DNA of 64,000 nt from Vicinamibacterales bacterium (GCA_046594875.1 JBKJQX010000145.1:7849-71848), one strand, 5' to 3'; positions 44,065 to 53,725 are shown, counted from the stretch's first letter. Translations and numbers: made by a program. Notes: a model not told the origin generated them from the letters alone.

Positions 44065-45336
44065 ATGAACTCCGCGGTCACGAAAAGCACGTCGCCGGAT
44101 GGCTCCGTCGTCTTCGCAGAGCGTGCGGAACTCGGTTTGTACGTGGTCGCGTTCGCCGTGATGGCCGTGGCGATGGCTGCCGGTCTGCCGGCACGCCCGG
44201 TGTACGACGAGAAAGTCTTTGTCCCCAACATCGCCCTGCTCACGCGTCTCGGTTTGAACGCCGAGTTCCTTCGCGCCCTTGACCAGTCGCCTGGGCCGCT
44301 CTATCAACTCTTCCATCTGGCATGGGCCGGCGTCACGCATCTCGAAATACCGTCGATGCGGCTCTTGAACCTGGCCTGCATCGGCCTTTGCGTTCCGTTG
44401 CTGGCGGGATGGGCGACGACGATGGGACTGAGTGTGGCCCGGCGGTGGAGCATTGCCGGCTCAATGTTTGCCATCCCACCCATGTGGGTGATCAGCGGTC
44501 TTGCATTGACCGAGGCGCCTGCGATGCTGTGCCTCTGTGCATCCGTCTTCCTGCTGTTGCGGGCTCTGCCCCGTCCGGGTGGTGCCGTTCCCACGCTGAT
44601 GGCGGCGTTCGCTGGAGTGTTGCTGTCGCTCGCAATCCTGGGCCGGACGCCATATCTCATGGTGATTCCGGCGGCATGGGCCTTCGCTCTGGATTCGCGT
44701 TTCAACGCGCGGAGATTGCTGGTCGTGTTCACGGTGGCCGCACTGGTGCTGCCCGCGCCCGTGTTCCTGGCCTGGGGAGGCTTGACGCCGCCGTCGGTCA
44801 CTGAGATTCAGAGCGGTCTGAATCCGCTGTTCGGTCTCTATGGTTTCGCCTACGCCGGCGCATTTGTGGCCCTGATCGCTCCAGGGGGTATCCGGTGGAT
44901 TCCTCGAGCGGCGGCTGCGGCCGCGCTCATCGCCGTCACGGGTGCCCTCGCCAACAACATCAGCCACACGTTGACTCACCTGCCCATGGCCACCGTCGCC
45001 GAACGCCTGCTGCCTGCCGCGGTCGTCCTGCGAGTGGGCTACACAGTCCCTGCCGTGTTGGCCGCGGTTGGGCTGTATTGCCTGTTCCTGATGCTGGTGC
45101 AGGTGTGGGGCGCGCGACAGGACCCGATGCGTCTGTTTCTCATTCTCAGTGCCATGGCCATTGTCGCGACGTGCGCCAAGTCGGCGGCGCAGTTTTCTTC
45201 GCGGTATGTGGTGCAAGCGGCGCCGTTTCTGGTGTTCGTGGCGGCGGAGTCCTCGGCGAGAGGAACTGGACACCTGCTGCGGCTACTCCTCGGCGCGGCT
45301 CTCGGATTGGCTTCGCTCTTGAGCTATTACCGATGA
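44065..45336 (+). CDS. Polytopic membrane protein, GT-C-fold glycosyltransferase-like
   Basis: ATG 44065 lies inside track ORF 43987-45336. There are at least 9 TM helices. The first-loop motif is PVYDEKVF (a DE motif as in ArnT/GT39-83 enzymes). A 4-nt ATGA overlap links it to the downstream GT2 gene. Confidence 0.55.
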   Translation: MNSAVTKSTSPDGSVVFAERAELGLYVVAFAVMAVAMAAGLPARPVYDEKVFVPNIALLTRLGLNAEFLRALDQSPGPLYQLFHLAWAGVTHLEIPSMRLLNLACIGLCVPLLAGWATTMGLSVARRWSIAGSMFAIPPMWVISGLALTEAPAMLCLCASVFLLLRALPRPGGAVPTLMAAFAGVLLSLAILGRTPYLMVIPAAWAFALDSRFNARRLLVVFTVAALVLPAPVFLAWGGLTPPSVTEIQSGLNPLFGLYGFAYAGAFVALIAPGGIRWIPRAAAAAALIAVTGALANNISHTLTHLPMATVAERLLPAAVVLRVGYTVPAVLAAVGLYCLFLMLVQVWGARQDPMRLFLILSAMAIVATCAKSAAQFSSRYVVQAAPFLVFVAAESSARGTGHLLRLLLGAALGLASLLSYYR

Positions 45337-46118
45337 TCGGCAACCGGAAAATTGTCGTGGTCCTGCCGGCGTACAACGCCGAGCAGACACTCGACCGGAG
45401 CTACCGGGAGATTCCGCGTGAGATTGTGGATGAGATCATTCTTGTTGACGACGCGAGTCGGGACCATACGGTGGACATCGCGCGTGCCCTCGGCATTCGG
45501 CACATCCTGGTGCATCCGCGCAACCGCGGCTACGGTGGAAACCAGAAGACGTGTTACGAGCTCGCGCTGACGCTGGACGCCGACATCGTCATCATGCTGC
45601 ACCCGGATTATCAATATACGCCCAGGCTCATCACGGCGATGGCGTCGATCATCGCCCATGATGTGTATCCCGTGGTGTTCGGCTCACGCATTCTCGGCCG
45701 TGGCGCATTGGTAGGTGGCATGCCGCGCTACAAGTACATCGCGAATCGGGTGCTCACGGCGCTGCAGAACCTGCTGCTCGGCCAGAAGCTATCGGAGTAC
45801 CACACCGGCTACCGGGCGTACTCCAGACAGGTGCTTGAGACCATTCCGTTTCAGAAGAACTCAGACGACTTCGTGTTTGACAACCAGGTGGTGGCGCAGA
45901 TATTTGCGTGCGGCTTTGAGATCGCGGAGGTGACATGCCCCACCAAGTACTTCCCCGAGGCGTCTTCGATCGGGCTCCGGCGGAGCCTCACCTACGGGAT
46001 TGGCGTGCTGGGGGTCTCGGTTCGCGGCTGGCTGCACCGTCGCGGCTTCTATCGCTGGGACCTGCTTGTGCCGCGTCAGGCAGGTCAGGGAACCGAAGGT
46101 GGTGGCACCAGGCGCTGA
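45333..46118 (+). CDS. GT2 family glycosyltransferase (polyprenyl-phosphate sugar synthase-like)
   Basis: ATG 45333 lies inside track ORF 44895-46118. VVVLPAYNAEQTL, ILVDDASRDHT and the HPDYQY (DxD-equivalent) region are present. Confidence 0.85.
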   Translation: MIGNRKIVVVLPAYNAEQTLDRSYREIPREIVDEIILVDDASRDHTVDIARALGIRHILVHPRNRGYGGNQKTCYELALTLDADIVIMLHPDYQYTPRLITAMASIIAHDVYPVVFGSRILGRGALVGGMPRYKYIANRVLTALQNLLLGQKLSEYHTGYRAYSRQVLETIPFQKNSDDFVFDNQVVAQIFACGFEIAEVTCPTKYFPEASSIGLRRSLTYGIGVLGVSVRGWLHRRGFYRWDLLVPRQAGQGTEGGGTRR

Positions 46119-46131
46119 CTCTCAGCCAGAG

Positions 46132-47625
46132 TCAGGGCCGCAATTGCGCGTCGATCGTCCGGCCCAGGCGCACCACGATCTCGGGCACAGCCTCCACATC
46201 GCTTTCGGTCGTGTGGAAGTTGACGATGCACGCGCGCAGTACGTACCGGCCACCGAGTACGGCGTTCGAGACGAATACCTCGCCACCGCGCTGGAGCCGG
46301 TCCACCAGGGTTCGGTTGAGCGCATCCAGGTGGGCTTCCGCGGCGGGTTGGCCGACCTTCCCGCGCAAGTCGGCCGGCACGTAGCGGAACGTCGTGATGC
46401 TCAGCGCCTGGGTGAACAACTCAAGGTCTGGATGGCGATTCACGGCCGACGCCATCATCTGAGACAGCCGGATATCTTCGGCGATCATGGCGCGATAGCC
46501 GGCCGCGCCTACGTGTTTCATCTGCAGCCACACCTTGAGCGCACGGAAGCCCCGTGAGTTCTGCGGTCCGAGGTCCACATAGTTCAGCGCGTGTTGAGCG
46601 AAGTGGTAGTACGGCGGGTGGTAGGCGAACGCCGCCCGCAGTGCGGCGACGTCTCGCACCAACGCACAGCCCGCTTCGAGTGGCGCGTACAGCCACTTGT
46701 GCGGGTCCACCGCCACCGAATCCGCCAGGCCGAGCGCGCGCAGGTCCTCGGGTGCCTGAGGAAGGGCTGCGGCAAAGCCGCCGTACGCGCCGTCCACGTG
46801 AAACCACACGTCGTACTCTTTGCACACGGCGCTGATCGCCGTCAGTCGATCGATGGCCCCGGTGCTGACCGACCCGGCTGTCCCAACGACCAGGAACGGC
46901 AGGTCGCCCGCGGCAATGTCTGAGGCGATTTGCTGCCGCAAGGCGTCCACGTCCATGCGAAGGTCGGATCCGGTCGGGATCCATCGAATCGCATCCGTCC
47001 CCAGCCCGGACATGTCCGTCGCCTTTTGAATCCACGTGTGCATCTCGGCAGACCCATACACGCGCAGCCTGCGTCCAGCGTCGCCTGCGACACCACGCGT
47101 GCGCACATCCCAATCGGCCTTGGTAGCGCGCGCTGCCAGGAAACACACGAAGTTCGCCATGTTGCCGCCGCTGACCAGCACCCCTCCACAATCAGCCGGA
47201 TATCCAATGAACTCGGCAATCCATCGCACCGTTTGCGACTCGATCTCGGTGGCGGCGGGAGAGAGCGTCCAACTGCCCACATTCGGATTGAGCGCCGCGG
47301 CCAGCAAATCGCCCAGCATTCCGATCGGTGCCGGAGACGAGGTGATGTAGCCGAAGAAGCGAGGGTGCCCGTTGAACAATGAGTGGTCGAAGAGCTGCCT
47401 TGTGGTCTGTTCGAGGAGCAGCGCCGCATCCATCCCGACTTCTGGGAACGCGCCGTTCAGGTCAAGCGCGTCACGCACGCCTGACGGCGACTCGTCGCGG
47501 GTGACCGGTCCGTCGGGTAGGGCTTCCAGGTGAGCGGCGACCTGGTCGACAAGTCGATGTCCGATGGCTCTGAACATGTCGGCATCCATCGCCAACCCGC
47601 CGTTGCGGCTCCCGTGTGCCTTCAT
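46132..47625 (-). CDS. Pyridoxal-dependent (group II) amino-acid decarboxylase
   Basis: The start of track ORF 46132-47736 is trimmed to ATG 47625. VSGGNMANF, HVDGAYGGFAA and SVAVDPHKWLYAPLEAG (PLP-Lys motif) are present. Confidence 0.85.
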   Translation of the reverse strand: MKAHGSRNGGLAMDADMFRAIGHRLVDQVAAHLEALPDGPVTRDESPSGVRDALDLNGAFPEVGMDAALLLEQTTRQLFDHSLFNGHPRFFGYITSSPAPIGMLGDLLAAALNPNVGSWTLSPAATEIESQTVRWIAEFIGYPADCGGVLVSGGNMANFVCFLAARATKADWDVRTRGVAGDAGRRLRVYGSAEMHTWIQKATDMSGLGTDAIRWIPTGSDLRMDVDALRQQIASDIAAGDLPFLVVGTAGSVSTGAIDRLTAISAVCKEYDVWFHVDGAYGGFAAALPQAPEDLRALGLADSVAVDPHKWLYAPLEAGCALVRDVAALRAAFAYHPPYYHFAQHALNYVDLGPQNSRGFRALKVWLQMKHVGAAGYRAMIAEDIRLSQMMASAVNRHPDLELFTQALSITTFRYVPADLRGKVGQPAAEAHLDALNRTLVDRLQRGGEVFVSNAVLGGRYVLRACIVNFHTTESDVEAVPEIVVRLGRTIDAQLRP

Positions 47626-47641
47626 CGTCTTCGGCGCTCCG

Positions 47642-49102
47642 CTACCGTGGTCGTTGACGGCCGTCGCGTGGGCGGCCCTGGCGCCCGCCGCTGCCGCCGC
47701 CCTGTCGGCCCTCGGGTTTGCCGCCTGACCGTCCATCAGGCCGCCCCTGCGGCCGTCGATCCTGCCGCTGTGCGGATGACGACGGCGCCTGCGGTGGCCG
47801 CCGGTCGCCGCGATGCAGCTCGCGCGTGTCGTTGGTCTCGCGGCCCTCGCGCTGGGGCGGACGAAGGCGAGCCATCATGCGCTCGTACTTCGACAGGATG
47901 ATGTCCCACCGGTAGTTGCGGTTCACATACGCCTTGCCGTTCCGGCCCATGGCTGCTCGCAACCCCGCATCGCGCGTCAGTAACTTAAACCCTTCCACGA
48001 ATTCCCACTGGTTCTCGTAGTACAAGCCTGCGTGGCTGCGTCGGACATGGTCTACCAGGACTTCCGATCGGCCATTGGCCAGCACGGGCGTACCAACCGC
48101 GAACGCTTCGAGCGCCAGCAGCGACAGGCTTTCATGCGGAGAGGGGACGACCACGACCGTTGCTGCTTCGATGGCGTGCAGGCGTTCTTCGTCGGGCAGG
48201 ATGCCGGCGAAGCGCACGTGCGGGTCGTCGGGCAGGGGCATCAGTTTGACGCCCATCAGCATCAGCGTTGCGTCGCCGCCCTCAGCGAGGAACGCCTGGA
48301 AATGCTCAAACAGTTCTTCGCAGCCTTTGCCCGGGTCGATGCGGCCGCCATACAGCGCGAACGGTTCGTGAATCCGGTGCCGGCGCCGGAACGCGTTGGC
48401 CGGGCCTTCGATGTGTGAGGGCAGGGGCTCAGTCGCCGTCGGCAGCACGGGCGCGAGCTCCGCGACAGTCTCGATGCCCGAAAACCGCGCCTCGGGCACA
48501 TCGACGCCGCAGCCCACCACGTCTTCAACGAGCGCGCGCAAATGGAACCGCTCACTCACGAACCGCCGCTCGGCCTCGGTGTTCCACACGATGCCTGCGG
48601 CGCTCGAAAAGACATCCTCGTAGATGCTGAGCCGGATCGCGGGTTCATCGTGGGCGGTCGGCACCAGCAGGCTCTTGGACGGCGCAATGCGCAGGCCCAT
48701 CACCGTCGGTGCATACAAGTACGTGAAAAAGATCAGGATGTCGTACGACTGGTGCTGGCGCTCAAGATAGTCGATCAGCCCTGGCGACCAGGGGCCCTGC
48801 TGCTTGAGCCACTCCATTTCGTCGGCCGGCGTGTGCCGGTTGTGGAAGATCCAGTCGGAATACTGGTTGAACGCGTCCAGATCCCTCGTGTGCGCATTGG
48901 CGAAGCGGCGCACCATGACGCCCCGGACCCGATCGGTCCCTTCCGGGTACACGTTTTCCCAGGTGATGTAGTCGCGCGCGCACGTTGTCAACACATCCAC
49001 TTGGTGGTGTTCGGCGAGACGTTCCGCAATCAGGCGGCAGTGGTACTCGGATCCGCCGAGGATCTCGGTGCCATAGCGCTGGACGATGAAGGCAATTTTC
49101 AC
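47642..49102 (-). CDS. GT4 family glycosyltransferase, type A paralog, with Arg/Gly/Gln-rich basic C-terminal tail
   Basis: GTG 49102 (VKIAFIVQRYGTEILGGSEYHCRLIAERL) lies inside track ORF 47642-49510. The N-terminus closely parallels the 51422-52705 protein. The GT-B C-domain carries VVPSPHESLSLLALEAFAVGTPVL (EX7E region). The tail is RRPPQAPSSSAQRQDRRPQGRPDGRSGGKPEGRQGGGSGGRQGRPRDGRQRPR. Confidence 0.85.
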   Translation of the reverse strand: MKIAFIVQRYGTEILGGSEYHCRLIAERLAEHHQVDVLTTCARDYITWENVYPEGTDRVRGVMVRRFANAHTRDLDAFNQYSDWIFHNRHTPADEMEWLKQQGPWSPGLIDYLERQHQSYDILIFFTYLYAPTVMGLRIAPSKSLLVPTAHDEPAIRLSIYEDVFSSAAGIVWNTEAERRFVSERFHLRALVEDVVGCGVDVPEARFSGIETVAELAPVLPTATEPLPSHIEGPANAFRRRHRIHEPFALYGGRIDPGKGCEELFEHFQAFLAEGGDATLMLMGVKLMPLPDDPHVRFAGILPDEERLHAIEAATVVVVPSPHESLSLLALEAFAVGTPVLANGRSEVLVDHVRRSHAGLYYENQWEFVEGFKLLTRDAGLRAAMGRNGKAYVNRNYRWDIILSKYERMMARLRPPQREGRETNDTRELHRGDRRPPQAPSSSAQRQDRRPQGRPDGRSGGKPEGRQGGGSGGRQGRPRDGRQRPR

Positions 49103-49127
49103 TGGAGTTTCCGTGGATGTGACGCGG

Positions 49128-50192
49128 TCAAGCGACCTCCGCCAGGAGTGACTGAAGGCGCGGCGCCAGGTGGTCGATGTGGAACGCCGAGAGACGCCGC
49201 CGCTGGCCCGCAATGACCTGGCGCCGTAGCGGTTCGTCGTAGACGAGGGCGCCGAGCATTTCGGCGGCCACTTCGAGATCTTTCGGCGCAAAAGCCAGGC
49301 CCGCGCCGCCCAGGGTTTCTGGCACGGCGGCCGCTGAGTAGGCCAGCACCGGCACGTCCATGGCCATCGCCTCGACGAGCGGCACACAGAATCCCTCGTG
49401 CTCGCTGAGCGACACATAGGCGTGCGCATGGCGGTAGTACGTGGCCAGCTCGCGATCGGGCACCGGCCCGGTAAACCAAAACCGATCCGGCAACATCCGA
49501 TACTCTGCAATCAGCGCACGGATCGTGGCGTAATACCCGGGCACGGCGTTGTAGTTGCCCACAAAAATGAACCGGTAGTAGATGTCTACATACCGCTTGT
49601 AGTGCTCGGCCAGGCGAATGTGGTCTTCGATCATCTTGTTGGGAGCGATGCGCCCGACGAAGAGGATGTTGGCCAGGCCATCCTTGAGCAGGAGCTCAAG
49701 CGACGGCACCGGTGGGGCCGTCGTCAGCCGCGCGGTATCAACAACAATCGGAAACACGCCCGTGGGCTCGAAGCCGAGGGCAACAAGCTCCTGACGGTTG
49801 TAGTCGGAGACCCCAAGCGCCAGATCCGTGCGCCCGGCCAGCGTCGCCAACTCGCGCCGGCCCTCGGCGGCGAATCGACTGATGCCGGTGTCGAAGGGCG
49901 CAAAAAAATGCGCGGGTGTGACGTTGTGGTAGAGCAGCACGCGCGCGCCCGGGAGCGTGCCGAACGCCCGTGTCATTGGCGACGGGACCGCGAAGTGAAA
50001 GATCGTGATGTCGCCCTGCCGGGCCCCGGCGTCAGACCAGTACCGGATCTCTGACGTGAGGTCCGCATCAACCGTCAGGGAATAGACCTCCGACTCATGG
50101 CCCCAGGACCTGAACAGGTCCCGCATCATGCGCGCATTGTCGCCGATGGCATCTCCCCGGTGCGCGGCCGCAATCCACTGATTGACAATCAT
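49128..50192 (-). CDS. GT4 family glycosyltransferase, type B paralog
   Basis: 354 aa. It is a paralog of 50189-51418 (shared GDAIG, YHN[IV]TP, LG[DV]S[ED][FY]NRQEL..LGF[DE]PTGV). SLSEHEGFCVPLVEAMAMDVPVLA is the GT-B EX7E region. Confidence 0.8.
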   Translation of the reverse strand: MIVNQWIAAAHRGDAIGDNARMMRDLFRSWGHESEVYSLTVDADLTSEIRYWSDAGARQGDITIFHFAVPSPMTRAFGTLPGARVLLYHNVTPAHFFAPFDTGISRFAAEGRRELATLAGRTDLALGVSDYNRQELVALGFEPTGVFPIVVDTARLTTAPPVPSLELLLKDGLANILFVGRIAPNKMIEDHIRLAEHYKRYVDIYYRFIFVGNYNAVPGYYATIRALIAEYRMLPDRFWFTGPVPDRELATYYRHAHAYVSLSEHEGFCVPLVEAMAMDVPVLAYSAAAVPETLGGAGLAFAPKDLEVAAEMLGALVYDEPLRRQVIAGQRRRLSAFHIDHLAPRLQSLLAEVA

Positions 50193-51418
50193 GCGCGATG
50201 CCCCAGGTCCGCGACCGGCGCCTCATCCTCTTCCAATGGCAGGGCTCTGAACGCGCCTGGGCGATATTGCCGGATTTCTTCCAGCTCATCAGCCAGGGCG
50301 AACTGGCGCCAGAAGTCGTAGGCCACCGATGGTACATGCCGGCGGGGCGCCGAAAGGGCCTGGTCCACAAACCGCAGCAGCGTGCCGTCAAAGTCGCGCG
50401 CGCGCATTCGATCGAGCGCGTCATCCTGGGCCAGCAACACAGCATCGGCCAGCCGGCTATCGCTGGTCAGTGAATGCATCAATGCGGCCACTCGGCCTGG
50501 GTGCTTCTCTGAATACAGGACGCCGCCCCCGTCCATCGTCGAAGGCACAGCCGTCGCCGCGTAGGCAAGGACCGGCACCCGTTTGTGAAACGATTCGACG
50601 ACGGGGACGCAGAAGCCTTCGTGTTCACTGGCGCAGAGGAAGAGATCCGCCACGTCATAGAGCGCGATCAACGCTTCATTGGTGACCTGGCCCAGGATGT
50701 GAACGTCCTGCACACCCAGCGCCGCGATGAACGCATGGATCTGCGCCAGGTAGGCCTCAAATCCGCCGTGCGCTCCCGCGATGATCAGCCGCGCCCTGGG
50801 GTTGTAGGTTGTTTTGTAGGCGTGAAAGAACCGGATGACATCATCGGGCCGTTTGTTCGGGACCAACCGGCCCACAAACAGGATGTTCGTCCACTCGTCG
50901 TCATACGCGTCGAGCACGCGCGAGTCGGGCGTCCCGTCAAGATGAGAGAAGTCGGGCACGACGTGCAAAACACCCGTCGGGTCGAATCCGAGCGACTCGA
51001 GTTCCTGCCGGTTGAACTCCGAGTCGCCGAGCGCCAGTTCGCAACGGGTGCGATAGGCGGTCAGTTCCCGGCGGCCGTGGTAACACTGGCGCACGAGTTG
51101 ATCGTGCACACCGATGAAGTACTCCGGTGGCGTGATGTTGTGGTAAATCAGCGCCATCCGGGCCGGAAGGGCGAACGCGGTACGCGACGCCCGTGATCCC
51201 AGTGAGAAGTGATGAATCAGCAGATCGTCTTCGCCGACGTCACCGACGATGTCGCGATAGTCCACGGTGAGGTCTTCAAGCCGCGGGTCCGCGGTCTCGA
51301 CAATGATCTCGGAGTCGAAGCCGGCAGACCGCAGCGCCCGGCGAATGCCCAGCACCTCATGGCCGATGGCATCGCCATAGCCAAGGGTCGCCAGCACCTG
51401 ATGGACCTTGGGCCGCAT
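50189..51418 (-). CDS. GT4 family glycosyltransferase, type B paralog
   Basis: 409 aa. CASEHEGFCVPVVESFHKRVPVLA is present. A 4-nt overlap links it to the next gene. Confidence 0.8.
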   Translation of the reverse strand: MRPKVHQVLATLGYGDAIGHEVLGIRRALRSAGFDSEIIVETADPRLEDLTVDYRDIVGDVGEDDLLIHHFSLGSRASRTAFALPARMALIYHNITPPEYFIGVHDQLVRQCYHGRRELTAYRTRCELALGDSEFNRQELESLGFDPTGVLHVVPDFSHLDGTPDSRVLDAYDDEWTNILFVGRLVPNKRPDDVIRFFHAYKTTYNPRARLIIAGAHGGFEAYLAQIHAFIAALGVQDVHILGQVTNEALIALYDVADLFLCASEHEGFCVPVVESFHKRVPVLAYAATAVPSTMDGGGVLYSEKHPGRVAALMHSLTSDSRLADAVLLAQDDALDRMRARDFDGTLLRFVDQALSAPRRHVPSVAYDFWRQFALADELEEIRQYRPGAFRALPLEEDEAPVADLGHRA

Positions 51419-51421
51419 GGG

Positions 51422-52705
51422 TTATCGCAGCACCGGACCCGCCGGGACGTTGTCCACGATCTGCCGTGCCGGGGGAAGGGTCCGCTTGCGGCGCTCCCAC
51501 CAGCCAGGCCAGGGTTCGGTGGGGCGCACCGAGGAATCGCGTTTAAGCCGGTCGAACATGTCGAGGTATTTCTTCTCGATGACCGGCCAGGCGTAGTGGC
51601 GCTTGAAGAACTCGCGACCCTGGCGGCCAAGAATGGCGCCGATGGGGCCGCTGGCTTCCAGGCAATACATCGCTTCCGCAAATTCCTCGAACGATTCGTA
51701 GCAGAGGCCGCCGTTGGCGCGCAGCGTCTGCCCGCGCAGAACGTCGCACGCGCCGTTGACCAGCACCGGCTTGCCAAGCGCCCACGCCTCGAGCGCCACC
51801 ATCGAGAGGCTTTCGAACTGCGACGGCATGACCAGCAGGTCGGCTGCGGCCAACGCGTCGAACTTGTCTTCCTCTGACACGAAACCGACGGCGCGGATGC
51901 GGGGATGCGACGGGATCGGGATGACCGCCTTACCGAGCAGGATCAGATCGAGTCCACGCGGGTAGTTGGCCGCGTAGTTGATGAAGTGATCGAACAGCGC
52001 CGGGCAACCCTTGTTGTTGTCAATGCGGCCGATGTAAATCGCAAACGGGCGCTTCACGTTGAACTTCTTGCGGAAGCGCCACGGCTGCGTGCGCTCGGGG
52101 ATCGCAGAGCCCACGCCCACCACAACACCCGGAACTGCCTGATTGCCGCTGACGCCGTGAATGAGGTCGCGCTCTTCGAACGAGTTGTACATCAGCGCGC
52201 GCACACCGCGGAACACCGGGCCGAACATGTGGAGCCCCACCGCCGGATCGCGTTCTGCGGTCGGCACGAGAATCGCCTTGCCGGGCACCGCGCGCGCGCC
52301 ATGCCACGCGTGGTAATACCGCGCGCTGAAGAACAGGAAGAAATCAAACGCGTCGCGCACCTGCTCGATGTGACGGATCAGCGCGGGGCTTTTTGGTCCC
52401 TCGCTGTCGAGCCAGGCCAGCTCATCTGCAACGGAATGCTGGCGGTCGAACACGAGCGCTGAACGCCGGCCGAAGTCATCCGTATTGCGCGGACGCGTGA
52501 CGGGGAACCGTCGCACACGGATGCCATTGACCGTTTCCTCGCCGGAGGGCCACTCGTTCTTCCATGTCAGGTAGTCCTTGGCACATGTGGTCAGGACCTC
52601 GACCGAGGCATGGCGCGAGAGCCGCTCGGCGACGTACCGCGCGTGCAACTCGGCCCCGCCGTTGATTTCGGTGCCGTACCGCTGGACAACGATCGCGATC
52701 TTCAC
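51422..52705 (-). CDS. GT4 family glycosyltransferase, type A paralog
   Basis: 427 aa. MKIAIVVQRYGTEINGGAELHARYVAERL and VMPSQFESLSMVALEAWALGKPVL are present. Confidence 0.85.
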   Translation of the reverse strand: MKIAIVVQRYGTEINGGAELHARYVAERLSRHASVEVLTTCAKDYLTWKNEWPSGEETVNGIRVRRFPVTRPRNTDDFGRRSALVFDRQHSVADELAWLDSEGPKSPALIRHIEQVRDAFDFFLFFSARYYHAWHGARAVPGKAILVPTAERDPAVGLHMFGPVFRGVRALMYNSFEERDLIHGVSGNQAVPGVVVGVGSAIPERTQPWRFRKKFNVKRPFAIYIGRIDNNKGCPALFDHFINYAANYPRGLDLILLGKAVIPIPSHPRIRAVGFVSEEDKFDALAAADLLVMPSQFESLSMVALEAWALGKPVLVNGACDVLRGQTLRANGGLCYESFEEFAEAMYCLEASGPIGAILGRQGREFFKRHYAWPVIEKKYLDMFDRLKRDSSVRPTEPWPGWWERRKRTLPPARQIVDNVPAGPVLR

Positions 52706-53694
52706 TGCGTGTCGCTACCCGTATCCGTACCCAAATCAGCAGACGCATCGTCACCCGCATCGTCTCCGGCGTCGGCACCAGTGCCGTTGGCCCCGGCGCC
52801 TGAGCCGGCCTGCTGATCGCCCATGTTCTGGCCCGGACGCCGGCGACGCCGACGCCGGCGCCGGCGGCGTTCGCCTTCGCCGTCCGGTCGATCGCCGCGA
52901 TCACCAGCCGGCGCCGCGCTGGAGGCGGGCATCGGCACGGTCGCGGCTTCACCACCGGAATCTCCGGCAGGGCTGGTCAAGGGCATTGATGCAGCGGGTG
53001 CAGAGGCGACCGGCGGGGAAGCCGCGGGCGCGTTCATGACCTGGGGTTGCGGGCGCGTTTCCTGCGGGCGCTGATCCTGTGCCCGTAGATCCTGTTGACG
53101 CTGCGACTGCGGCCGCTGAGGCGGGCGCGCCTGTTTGTATTGCACGACGGTCTCAAGCGCCCGGCCGCGGCGTTCGTCGAAGTCGATGCGGCTCGACACC
53201 GATTCCACCCGCATCTTCATGTTGTGCACTTCGATGCCGAGGCGCGTGACCTCAAGCGCCAGGTTGTGCACCAGTTCGTAGTACAGCGGGTCCATGTCCT
53301 CGCGCTGCCGGAAGCGCTGGTGGAACTCCTCGTTCACACGGGCCTGCACGTGCAGCGCTGCGGCAATCGGGTTCGGGTTGAGAAAGAGCTTCAGGATGGG
53401 GTTGAGCAGACGGCGGATCGTCCGCAACAGGCCGCGATGCGTTTCGTAGATCGTGTCGTCTTCAAATGTGTACTTGGGGGGAGCCGGGCTGATGGTCCGG
53501 GTGCGCCGGAACTGCGCCACCAGATCGGAGCGCACCCCTTTCGGATCCAGGAACTGCTCGAGCTTGACCTTGGCCAGCTCCTGCACTTCGGCTTCGGTGT
53601 AGTCGGTGCCGCGTTTCTCTCGGATGCGCGCGCGAATCTGGCGCATGATCGCGTCCACATCCACGGCGTCGGACTTGACTTGAAAATCACTCAT
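52702..53694 (-). CDS. Hypothetical protein: helical/coiled-coil N-terminal domain plus long disordered tail with an 11-residue poly-Arg run and an acidic end
   Basis: ATG 53694 lies inside track ORF 52702-54144 (MSDFQVKSDAVDVDAIMRQIRARIREKRG...). The C-terminal 130 aa are Q/P/A-rich, then GEGERRRRRRRRRRRPGQ, then DAGDDAGDDASADLGTDTGSDTQ. A 4-nt overlap links it to the downstream GT4 gene. Confidence 0.65.
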   Translation of the reverse strand: MSDFQVKSDAVDVDAIMRQIRARIREKRGTDYTEAEVQELAKVKLEQFLDPKGVRSDLVAQFRRTRTISPAPPKYTFEDDTIYETHRGLLRTIRRLLNPILKLFLNPNPIAAALHVQARVNEEFHQRFRQREDMDPLYYELVHNLALEVTRLGIEVHNMKMRVESVSSRIDFDERRGRALETVVQYKQARPPQRPQSQRQQDLRAQDQRPQETRPQPQVMNAPAASPPVASAPAASMPLTSPAGDSGGEAATVPMPASSAAPAGDRGDRPDGEGERRRRRRRRRRRPGQNMGDQQAGSGAGANGTGADAGDDAGDDASADLGTDTGSDTQ

Positions 53695-53725
53695 GGAAAA
53701 TACACCCTGATCCTTCGGGCCGACG

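Noticed and set aside
52840-52880. CGN-rich DNA repeat (cggcgacgccgacgccggcgccggcggcg) as a possible tandem-repeat or CRISPR-like element
   Set aside because: It is simply the coding sequence of the 11-Arg run on the minus strand. It has no spacer-repeat architecture.
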